Assembly (NCBI GenBank): GCA_024626585.2
Contig: JANKJI020000004.1
Location: 33,461,727-33,482,481 of the forward strand
DNA length: 20,755 nt
Source of the DNA: Ginkgo biloba
Lineage: Eukaryota; Plantae; Ginkgophyta
Reading direction: 5' to 3'
Positions within the stretch are counted from its first letter, which is position 1, and each line of letters opens with the position of its first letter. A program made the position numbers and the translations under genes. Shown in pieces: positions 11,302 to 20,755 of the stretch. Below the pieces are notes generated by a model. The model did not search any database and was not told the DNA's origin. It was given only the letters and a program-made list of their open reading frames with translations.

Positions 11302-11716
11302 TTTTATTATTCTTAGTTCTGGGCCTGGATGCAAATCCGTGTTAATAATATTCTAGACCAATATAGTGTTGTCTTATTTAAAATGGTCAAAGGTTGATGG
11401 GATATCAATTTTGAGGATTTATTAAGGTATTTGAGATGAAAATCCCCCTTGGGAATATAACTCTCTTGGGAATACAAGCTTATGATGTTTTTGGAGGTAA
11501 AGTCTTATTTTCCTCATTAAGAAATTCCAAGATTGCCTCATTATTCTCAAAGAAATATAAATTATTGTAGGAGAGTTATATCATATTAAGAGAATAGACT
11601 TGGCTTGTTTCTAATGAATCATGACCTTTTATTATTAGAGGTATCTATCCAATATTAAGTTCATTAATAAATAGATATTATCTAAGTCTTGGTGAAATGA
11701 AGTCTTTAGTAAGTGT

Positions 11717-12191
11717 TGTTGCTCAACACTCCTCGCTCTAAGAACACAGTGGGGACCCCCTTTATTTTGAGAAATCTAAGCAACCTGTGTAGGCTTGCCA
11801 CTCCTATAAACTCAATATAGCTTAAGTGCAGGCCTTCCAATCCTATAAAATTGGACAAATAAAGTCTTTTATTTTACATGTTTAAAACTTAGTATAGCTT
11901 AAGTGCAGGCTTGTCACTACTATAAAATAGGGCTTATTTTGATAGAATGCAAGACTATTTTAAGGCATATCCTTCCCCCTGAGTATCCCTGGTCATCAAA
12001 AATTGTAGGACTTTATTCCCTGCATGAAGAGGTTGCACTCCTTAGGGATAGGAGTTGGAAGAAAATTTGATATGTTTATCCTAAGTGGAATTCTGATTGT
12101 GAATAGGTGTAGTTCCATGATCAAGTAAGGAACAAACCCTAGAACTATTAAGTGGGTCTTACAAAATCCCATACACCCAAGAGAGTCATGA
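11717..12191 (-). mobile_element. LTR of an Ogre/Tat-like Gypsy element, copy 1 (3' terminus at 11717)
   Basis: Starts TGTTGCTCAACACTCC on plus. The first 75 bp match 13024-13098 at 66/75, with homology beginning exactly at the TG. No PBS is adjacent, consistent with a 3' or solo LTR. Confidence 0.75.
11788..11926 (+). repeat. Sub-repeats within the LTR
   Basis: TATAGCTTAAGTGCAGGC is exact at 11816-11833 and 11893-11910. A TG(C/T)AGGC..CTATAAA module occurs three times (~11788, ~11827, ~11904). Confidence 0.8.
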
Positions 12192-12339
12192 NNNNNNNNN
12201 NNNNNNNNNNNNNNNNNNNNNNNNNNNNNNNNNNNNNNNNNNNNNNNNNNNNNNNNNNNNNNNNNNNNNNNNNNNNNNNNNNNNNNNNNNNCCTCCAAAG
12301 GAACGATGGCACATCATGATTCACAAAGAGAAAACTAAG

Positions 12340-12546
12340 GTCCCCCCATTTCTGCTCATCATTAGAATTTTTGGGAGAAACTTGCATAATTGCCTAGTGG
12401 ACTCAAGGGCCTCCACTAATGTAATTCCCCTAGGTATCTATAAAAAACTTAGGTTGCCCGTCATCAGGTCACGCAAAATGGTGGTACAACTAAATAAATT
12501 AGAATTCAAGATGGTAAGAGAATTATTGAATGTACATATGACCATT
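12340..12546 (+). pseudogene. Gypsy retropepsin-like aspartic protease fragment
   Basis: VPPFLLIIRIFGRNLHNCLVDSRASTNVIPLGIYKKL..VVQLNKLEFKMVRELLNVHMTI matches the plant Gypsy PPF.L....HNC..DSGAS.NVMP pattern. The catalytic DSG reads DSR (GAC TCA AGG, 12400-12408). Confidence 0.85.
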
Positions 12547-13000
12547 TTCCTTAAGAGGGCTATAAGGGTCAACACGTTGTCTCTGGATTATGCCAAAGCC
12601 ATCAACATTGATAGACAACTCAACCCCTAAGGATATCTCCTCCCCTCTAGGTTTTAGATGAATTTGGGCAGACCACCACTAAATCTCATGCCATTCATGA
12701 ATGCCTTATCTACAACACCCCTGGCAGTAGAGCAATACCTAAAACTTTGTTTATTAATCAACAACATCAGTTCAATAAGTTTTTTTTTTTTTTTTCCCAA
12801 ATTTTCTTCATGAAGGGTAAATGAATGNNNNNNNNNNNNNNNNNNNNNNNNNNNNNNNNNNNNNNNNNNNNNNNNNNNNNNNNNNNNNNNNNNNNNNNCC
12901 TGCACTTTATCGTAGATCTACACATTGTTCTCTTCTGGGTATTTCCTTTTGATAATCAGGCCAACCAAAAAATCTAAGTTCTAAACACTGAGGATTTTTT

Positions 13001-13018
13001 TCCCTGTGTGAGTCACCA
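13001..13018 (-). promoter_or_regulatory. Degenerate tRNA-Arg-type PBS (Ogre-like)
   Basis: The minus strand reads TGGTGACTCACACAGGGA versus the canonical TGGCGACTCCACTGGGGA. It lies 5 nt from the LTR terminus at 13024. Confidence 0.65.
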
Positions 13019-13023
13019 TTTAT

Positions 13024-13098
13024 TGTTGCTCAACACTCCTCACTCTGAGGACATAGCAGGGACCCCCTTTATTCTGAGAAATCTAAGCAACCTATGCA
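13024..13098 (-). mobile_element. LTR copy 2 (5' LTR end), homology stops after 75 bp
   Basis: Direct repeat of 11717-11791 with nine differences, all transitions. A PBS is adjacent. Confidence 0.8.
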
Positions 13099-13986
13099 AA
13101 TGGGCCGGGTCATATCACCATGACTTTTCACCATCCGATCTAGTGCCCAAAAACTGTCAGAATTTCCCACCTTAGCCATGAATATGAAAAATCCCCTAAT
13201 GGTTTCCCCCATCCCTGTATAAAGGTTTAAAATTCCCACAACACCATATATCTCCTCATTTCTCATAAGGAAAAGCATGCATTCATGTGAAAAACCAATA
13301 TCGAAAATACAAACTTTGTTCCATATCCAAGTGCCATGCAGCACCCTATCATTTTTATTTGTTTCCTTGTATTATCTTATTATGTCATAAGAAATATATT
13401 TCACAAGAATTTTTAGAGTATTATGTGTGCAAGTCTCAAGTTTAGCAAGAGGGTGATATGTGGCAGGTTGGCATTGCCTCATCTCTNNNNNNNNNNNNNN
13501 NNNNNNNNNNNNNNNNNNNNNNNNNNNNNNNNNNNNNNNNNNNNNNNNNNNNNNNNNNNNNNNNNNNNNNNNNNNNNNNNNNNNNNAATCACATCATAGC
13601 CCTATGTTTTTGCATATTTTTGGATTTTTTCTAATTTTTAGAGTCTTTTCCTTACTATTTGGCTTTGAATTTTGGTCGGTGGGGTGAATACTTTTTGTCT
13701 CATTTTTTTATTAACCATTTTATTTTTATTTCTCCTTATTTTGAGGCCTTAGATTATTGAATGTTATAATTTTCCTCTCTAGTTGATGTTATAGGGTCAA
13801 ATGTCATTTCTTATGATGGGAGAAGTTTCTTTGAATATATAAACCATCACTTATGGTGTTATTATTTTGCAATGATGATGAACCATTGGTAAGTTTTAAA
13901 GGTTGTTTACACTTGATTGAATCTTAAAATCCTCAACAGTAAGCTAGTTGTTCATTACATCCTCATATGAAGTGGATCCTACCTTT

Positions 13987-15650
13987 AAAATCTCAAGGCT
14001 AGCTTATAGGTGTAAATCATTTATAAAGAGATCGAATGATTATCTCGTAAAGAATGGTGTAGTGCACAAATACACCATTACTTTAAAGGTATGCACAAAC
14101 TCAAAGTTAGATTTATTCACACCTAATTTGAGGATAAATAAATCTCTAATTCCATGTTGTATTGCATTGCAAAATCAAAATACCTCATAAAGAGAACGAT
14201 AAATTATTAGAATGTTGCAATCAAGATTTTTGGGAATTTTATAAAATCACTTCAATGCCTCATGTATAAGTGAGCATGGATACATCTTGAGGACTAAGTC
14301 ATTGTAATTCAAATATTACGTGCATTCTAGAGCATATGTGTCAAAATTGTAAGAGGANNNNNNNNNNNNNNNNNNNNNNNNNAATTTAGGATGATATAGA
14401 ATTAGGTGCAATATAATAGCTAAAGTTACTTCAATATAAACAATATTCTTCATATAATTCATATAAGACTTTAAGAAGTTTATCATTCATAAAATTAAAA
14501 AAAAATCAGCATGAGTATGGTGCAAATTTTTAACAAGGCTTAAGGATTTTATTTTCCACATTGAAATATAAATATCATGTTCTAGTTTTATGTTCTCTTA
14601 TTGATTGGAAAGGAATTTATAGATGTACAATATAATAAGGTGTTTTAAGTGTTGTAAAAATGTAAAATTATCATTACTTAAACTCACACAAATTTCAAAG
14701 GTATTGCATCTGTAATATACAAACATTATATTTCCATAAAATATGATATTAATCCTATCTTAAAATCTCAAATAAGGTTGAATCTAATGATGATACAAGT
14801 TGTAAAGGATGAATNNNNNNNNNNGTAAAATACTAGTAGTTGGAATGATATATCTTATTTTTTACTATTAATAGATTTTCCCACTAGTGGTAGTACCTAA
14901 AAAAGGAATAAATGTTCAACCTACATGTAATATCAAACTTTGAACAAAGCCACCTATGAATATCACTTTCCATTTCTATATGTTGATTAGGTGTTAGACA
15001 AACTTACCAGTAAGAAAATATTTCTTACTACAACACTATATAAATCTCTATAATTTGTCGACTTTAATTACATCGATTTTGTTTATGTAAATGTCAATAG
15101 ATTAATTTATTTCCATTAAAATAAGTCAAGTGATATGTTACGTATATGTCTATCGCTTGTGAATGTGATTTTTTTGATGAATTGAAATTTACTTCCCTTA
15201 TATATATTCCAGGTTCTATATCAACTACCTATAGGTTCTCGACTAAGATCAAGATTAATATTCCTTTACCTTATGTATATAATATGTACATCTAATGCAT
15301 TCAATCTATATTTCTTAGGCCACTTTAGTGATTTTAATATAATGGAACAAATAACAAGTTATTTTAAATTATATCCTCTAACTTGGAAGATGGTATTTAT
15401 TTTAGAAATGTTTATGCACTAGATAGTATTTTTTATTTTACTTAGCATATTTTTAGAGCCAAAGCATGAGGGAGAATTTTTAAAAGTAGAAATCATTTTT
15501 CATATTTAATGTATCAACTACTTTTAACATTGCTTCTCATTAATTTTTCTCTTAAGTCATTTAATGGTTTGGAACATTCTCTTGAAGTGATCTACTAAAA
15601 AACCTATTGTAATAAATTAGGGAATTACATGCATCTATGGGAATAAATCC
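13987..15650 (+). pseudogene. pol: Highly decayed Ty1/Copia pol relic 1 (integrase, RT, RNase H)
   Basis: Motif ghosts in Copia order: KISRLAYRCKSFIKRSNDYLVKNGVVHKYT (13987-14076; KILRTDNGGEY..F..YL..NGI.H..T spacing), IIAKVTSI*TIFFI (14413-14454; PVAK.TSIRTILAI), ILVVG/ND (14830-14850), YVD*VLDK (14979-15002), VLYQLPIGS (15213-15239; VPYQSAIGS), YCN/N*GI (~15605-15626; YCDNQ.AI). Confidence 0.65.
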
Positions 15651-15828
15651 TTGAGTGGCCTTCAAGATTTTAATACCTTGACAACACATGTGTTAGTTGG
15701 ATACTACCACTAGTAGGACATGGTAAATGTCTTCATTAGCCTGCCTATAGACATCATCATTATATTTATTAAGATATTTACCATTATCATGTTATTTTGA
15801 AATGGAACTCATTCCATCCACCTACCCT

Positions 15829-15847
15829 TATATATATATTATATATA
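15829..15847. repeat. Imperfect (TA)n microsatellite
   Basis: TATATATATATTATATATA. Confidence 0.7.
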
Positions 15848-16347
15848 GGAAATCATCCACCTTTTGAGGAGGTAACTTTCTCTTGACCCTAATAGATTCA
15901 TAAAAATAGATCTTAGTAACCTACTTAATAAGTCAAATGCGGCTAAATTACCTAGTTAAATGAGATATGGCCTTTGCAATTGTATTGATCAATTTATTAT
16001 TATGTTTAATTATCCAANNNNNNNNNNNNNNNNNNNNNNNNNNNNNNNNNNNNNNNNNNNNNNNNNNNNNNNNNNNNNNNNNNNNNNNNNNNNNNNNNNN
16101 NNNNNNNNNNNNNNNNNTTAGAAGAATAATTTAAATTAATTTATAAGACATAATATTTCACATAAGTAATATTAATTGTTTATTTAAAATAACTCACCAC
16201 AAACTCTCATGTTTATTCTTATACCTTATTCTCTCTCTCCATCAAATATCTTACCTTTTCCATTATTCCACAAGCATAGAGAATTAATATGTAATTCAAA
16301 CAAGTACTCTCTAAGTTGAAACATGTATTGAAATATCACGTAGGCCT

Positions 16348-16650
16348 CCACTATCTAACACTCTATTTGAGTTCTTTGCCTAATAAACATCCACAACACC
16401 TTCATATAATCTATGATCCACATTGTCCTAATATGAATATGTCTACCTAGTCCAATTTCATACACTATGTGCATAATATAATTCTATTATGATTGGAAAA
16501 AACTAGTAGGAAAACACTTTTGCATATTGGACAATAGAATGAGAACAATTTTCTTCTAATATTATAGCTAATTATTAACAAATTTATTTGAAGAGATCCA
16601 TATATCAAAATAGATAATAATTAACTATATCGTTGGTTCATTACACAAGT
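16348..16650 (+). pseudogene. pol: Highly decayed Ty1/Copia RNase H relic 2
   Basis: PLSNTLFEFFA (16348-16380; ALSSTEAEY.A) and LCA*YNSIMIGKN (16465-16503; .CDN.SAI.IAKN) are in the same frame with plausible spacing, followed by HI/D-like residues. Confidence 0.5.
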
Positions 16651-16947
16651 GTAGAATGTTATCAAGCTATTGATTTAACTAATAATTTACCTAAAAATTC
16701 TACTTAACTTGCACATCAATCTCATTACACTTTTATCAAAATTTCTTGGAATTGGAATATCCAATATATGCTACAACATATAAAAATAGTATTAGAATAT
16801 CAAGGCATCAATATATAAGGGTAACATATTTTCATGTATAAGATATAAATAATATATGTGGATTACCTTGAAGAAAATATGCCAATCATATGTNNNNNNN
16901 NNNNNNNNNNNNNNNNNNNNNNNNNNNNNNNNTATCTCATTAATGGT

Positions 16948-16948
<1 letters not shown>

Positions 16949-16986
<38 letters not shown>
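16949..16986 (+). repeat. Compound microsatellite (CT)9(CA)10
   Basis: Read directly from the sequence. Confidence 0.95.
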
Positions 16987-17922
16987 TTAATATCTATATT
17001 AGAAAACAAAAGTCTTAATGGCAAAATATATTTATAACCCAAATTACTAAGTATTTTATACAATATCATAATATATAGATAACTTATATTTATTTAAAGA
17101 AATAATCTTTACATGCATTCATTTATGTGTGAATGGTANNNNNNNNNNNNNNNNNNNNNNNNNNNNNNNNNNNNNNNNNNNNNNNNNNNNNNNNNNNNNN
17201 NNNNNNNNNNNNNNNNNNNNNNNNNNNNNNNNNNNNNNNNNNNNNNNNNNNNNNNNNNNNNNNNNNNNNNNNNNNNNNNNNNNNNNNNNNNNNNNNNNNN
17301 NNNNNNNNNNNNNNNNNNNNNNNNNNNNNNNNNNNNNNNNNNNNNNNNNNNNNNNNNNNNNNNNNNNNNNNNNNNNNNNNNNNNNNNNNNNNNNNNNNNN
17401 NNNNNNNNNNNNNNNNNNNNNNNNNNNNNNNNNNNNNNNNNNNNNNNNNNNNNNNNNNNNNNNNNNNNNNNNNNNNNNNNNNNNNNNNNNNNNNNNNNNN
17501 NNNNNNNNATGCACCTTTTCTCATTTTTTTTCAAGTGTTCGAGATAAAGGTGAAGAACAAGGAATCATATAATGATAATCTATGGTCTTTTCTAAAATTG
17601 AAACGCCATGGTTATGTGTCATACTAAGAGATGGTACTAATAACTTCCCTTATATAGAAAAATATACATTTTGATATTATAACTTTTCTTAAGAAATATT
17701 ATGATCCCTAATTCTTTTATCTGAATTATAAAGAGATGAAAAATGTGGAAGTAATCCTTACCTGTATGGTCTACATGAATATCTATTAGAATTTTTTATG
17801 ACATAATCAATATTATACACTTACAAAAACTCATAGGTGTATTCTTTATTGAAATTATGGTGAGTAAAACTTTTATTTTTGAAGGAGGGAGAGAAAGAAG
17901 ATTCCATCTTTCTTCAATGTAT

Positions 17923-20280
17923 AAATATTGGTTTGGAAGTTGTAAATTATATTCTTATAAATTTATATGTTTTTCCAAGAGATCACTACAATAATTGATA
18001 TCCACAATATCATAAATTATTGTATCTATATAAGAATTGATTGCAAAGTTAACTATTTAAATATTTTTTTAGTTTATATTTCTATCCATTGCTATATGTC
18101 CATCTCAAGGTCTAAGAAAAAACTATTATAGAATAAGAAATAAAAATTTTCATGATTTGATTATATTAAGTAATCATTTCTTCACTTGAGATGTTTTTAG
18201 GACTAAGGTCTCAATATCTCCTTTCATGATAGAAGATGCTATAATAATAAGGTTTGGACATAATAATATTTGTCCTTCTATATAAAACATCTCTTCTTAT
18301 TTATATTCCTTATTCACCACTAAAATTTCTATTTGTATCTTTTTTTTATTTTTAGGTCTTACACTCCTTTTTTATATAACCATAAAGATTATAAAAATCA
18401 TGTTGTCACTTTTAGAGCTATGAGAGGAATTCCTATTTTTAAGTAAATTCCATTTTCAATTGGATCTATCATCTTGATATTTCCCTTTTATATTTAAGGA
18501 GGATATTCCTTGATTAAGAGAAGGAGATCTCTTTTTTACTTAAATTTTTAAAGTGAAGTTGGANNNNNNNNNNTCTTTAAAGCCATAAGTAAAGGATTTA
18601 TCTAGGGTTGGAATATCCACAAACTACAACTCTTGTTATATTAAAGGATATAGTACACTAATAAATTTTAAGATATTATCTTACTTATAATATTCTCTTA
18701 AAATTTTAAAACTAAATCAAAGGAAGGTGTCACTATGTCATTACACACTTTGTCCCTTGACCTTCCTTCGTTGGTGACACCATTTCTTCAAGTTGTGCAA
18801 GTAATTAATTAGATTAAATCACTCATGAATATTCTTCTTTATCTCCTCCCAGTTTATAATGGACGAGTTTATAATAGTTATGTGATTAATACAATAAGAA
18901 TCTCACCATATTAAAGTATCCAATATTATTTTTATTTTAGAAAATATAACCTTTTATTCATCAGTGTAAGATTGAACTTCAAACCATACCTCTAGATTAT
19001 GAATATACTTCTATAAGATTTTACCATCTATCATCCCATTATAATGTCTCATTAAAATATTAGTATAAACTTTCATCAAAGGAGTATCTTTCACATTTTT
19101 AAGAGGAGGAGGATATTTCACTTCCAAGTAAATTTGTGCTTGCATGGATTGAATAAGTTTCATGATATCTACATATTATTATGGAGTCATGGATTATTAC
19201 CATTGTATGAATTTATCGTAGTTCTCTCAAGTTCTAGAGGGAATGGTATCAAATATTTAATGTACATATTTATTAAGAGATATGAGCCTTCCTACTTAAG
19301 TGAAATCTTATTTATTATATATGATTCTTTAATACCAACTAATGTGTCCTAAAGTGATTGACTATTGAACAACAACCAAAGATGTAGGAGCAAAAGACTT
19401 ATGTAGACTCCAAGTAAAATCAATGAAGAGATTTAGAGTAGGAAAAATCTTAGTGGTTATATATATCCATTTGTCTCTTTTTTCCAACTTTTCTAAAATT
19501 TATATTCACCAATANNNNNNNNNNNNNNNNNNNNNNNNNNNNNNNNNNNNNNNNNNNNNNNNNNNNNNNNNNNNNNNNNNNNNNNNNNNNNNNNNNNNNN
19601 NNNNNNNNNNNNNNAGAAATGTTATTATATGTTTAGGCACAAAAGTAATTATATATGAAGATACACAAGTATTAATTAATATTATCTAACCTAATACTAG
19701 ATACATGTAAATTTTATTATGATAAGAATCATAAAATATCATTTTTGTCGTATTTCACCCTTTGTATATTCTTTAGTGTAACTTATACAATAATTTATTA
19801 ATTAGTTATGAATTTTACTACATAATGTGTAATGAATTCCATCTAATTCATTGGATTATAAAGTTAATTAGGGATATTTAACTTTAATAAGTTATAATTT
19901 ATTTGGTTTAGTGTAATTAATCATAGCTTAGTTATTTTCACTAAGAGCTTTTCTACTTTCAATGAAATCCTTAGATTAGGATTTTCTAATTGATTCATTC
20001 ATTATCAAATTAGAGATTTTTATAAATCTATTAATAAATCACTTTGCATCCTCTTAGATTCTAAATTGTGATCAATTATTCTCTTAAAAAATCTCTCAAC
20101 AAATATGGAGAAATTTTGTCCACTTTTTTTTTTTTAAGTATGATTAGGATATCAATGTCACAATTTTTCTCAAGTATATCATTGTATAGGTATAATTTAC
20201 ATGTGCACATAAATGACTAAGTTTTTGAAAAAAGGATACACAAAGTTTTTCTAAGAAAACATATACATTCTTGGGAAATT
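17923..20280 (+). pseudogene. pol: Highly decayed Ty1/Copia pol relic 3 (integrase C-terminal part, RT, RNase H)
   Basis: Collinear ghosts: KYW/EVVNY (17923-17950; FWAEAVN), RFG (~18250), HTLSLDLP (18744-18767; NTW.LV.LP), EEEDISLPSKFV (19103-19138; EEVYM.QP.GFV), ILFIIYDSLIPTN (19305-19343; L.LYVDDLI.TG), MK/DL..KIL (~19423), TRYM (19696-19707), GYLTLISYNFIWFS..LVIFT (19872-19949; GY.F.LG...ISW.SKKQ..VA.ST), LNCDQ (20061-20075), MTKFL (20213-20227). Confidence 0.65.
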
Positions 20281-20755
20281 AATAGTTTCTCTATAGAGCT
20301 CACATATTTATTATAAAAAGTAGTGTTTTATACTTTCAAATCCCCACCTTTGCCTTACACAAAAAATGAAAAGATTTTTTTTTGGATTCATAATTAAAAA
20401 TTATAATTGTTCTAAACCAATACAAAATTCAAAGGACATGTGGCCAAAAACTAAAAAAGTTCTCTATCATATCTCTTGAGTGATTTAAGGGTATAAATTA
20501 CCTTAGCTTCATTTATTGTACATAATTGGTTATACTTCATTCAACATGTGAATTAGAATCAAAGCCTTATATAAGGCTCTAAAAATCTATATTATAAATT
20601 TTTTCTTAGATTAATATTTTATTTGTTATTATTATACCTTATTTTATTTCCTTTTCTTGGATTTTTTAGCTATGTATATACAAAAGAATTATGTATCCCA
20701 AGTTAAAATAAACTATAGATTCGCATTCATAATATATTGAGGATTTAAAATTTCC

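Noticed and set aside
11788-11926. Repeat-spacer pattern as a CRISPR-like array
   Set aside because: Only 2-3 irregular units inside an LTR, in a eukaryotic context with no cas genes.
12780-12795. Poly-T run as a LINE/SINE or retrocopy tail
   Set aside because: The adjacent sequence is lost in a gap; no TSD or element body is identifiable.
14879-15718. 16/17-bp inverted repeat (TCCCACTAGTGGTAGTA / TACTACCACTAGTAGGA) resembling CACTA termini
   Set aside because: No 3-bp target duplication and no subterminal repeats. Copia RT motif spacing runs uninterrupted across the left arm, so it is probably chance.

Overview
AT-rich, gap-riddled eukaryotic DNA (15 N-runs; seven are exactly 100 N and probably of unknown size). 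It reads as a plant LTR-retrotransposon graveyard; a large gymnosperm-type genome is my inference from recalled family resemblances, not a search result. No intact host gene, RNA gene or CRISPR array is supported. From left to right: (1) the 3' end of a young CpG-rich LTR with a tRNA-iMet PBS, abruptly closed by a repeated LTR terminus; (2) a probable PPT/LTR start near 1.48 kb; (3) a decayed ~2.3 kb accessory ORF (Transposase_32-like domain, coiled coil, unnamed C-terminal domain); (4) a Ty3/Gypsy Tat/Ogre-type gag remnant; (5) a minus-strand tRNA-iMet PBS+LTR with a repetitive leader; (6) two copies of a minus-strand LTR end, one with a tRNA-Arg-like PBS, flanking an oppositely oriented Gypsy protease fragment; (7) from ~13.9 kb, three extremely decayed plus-strand Ty1/Copia pol relics that the ORF track largely misses. 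I found no convincing novel biological system. The best leads are the accessory ORF and the LTR-PBS-LTR-end junction. All protein assignments come from manual translation and remembered motifs.
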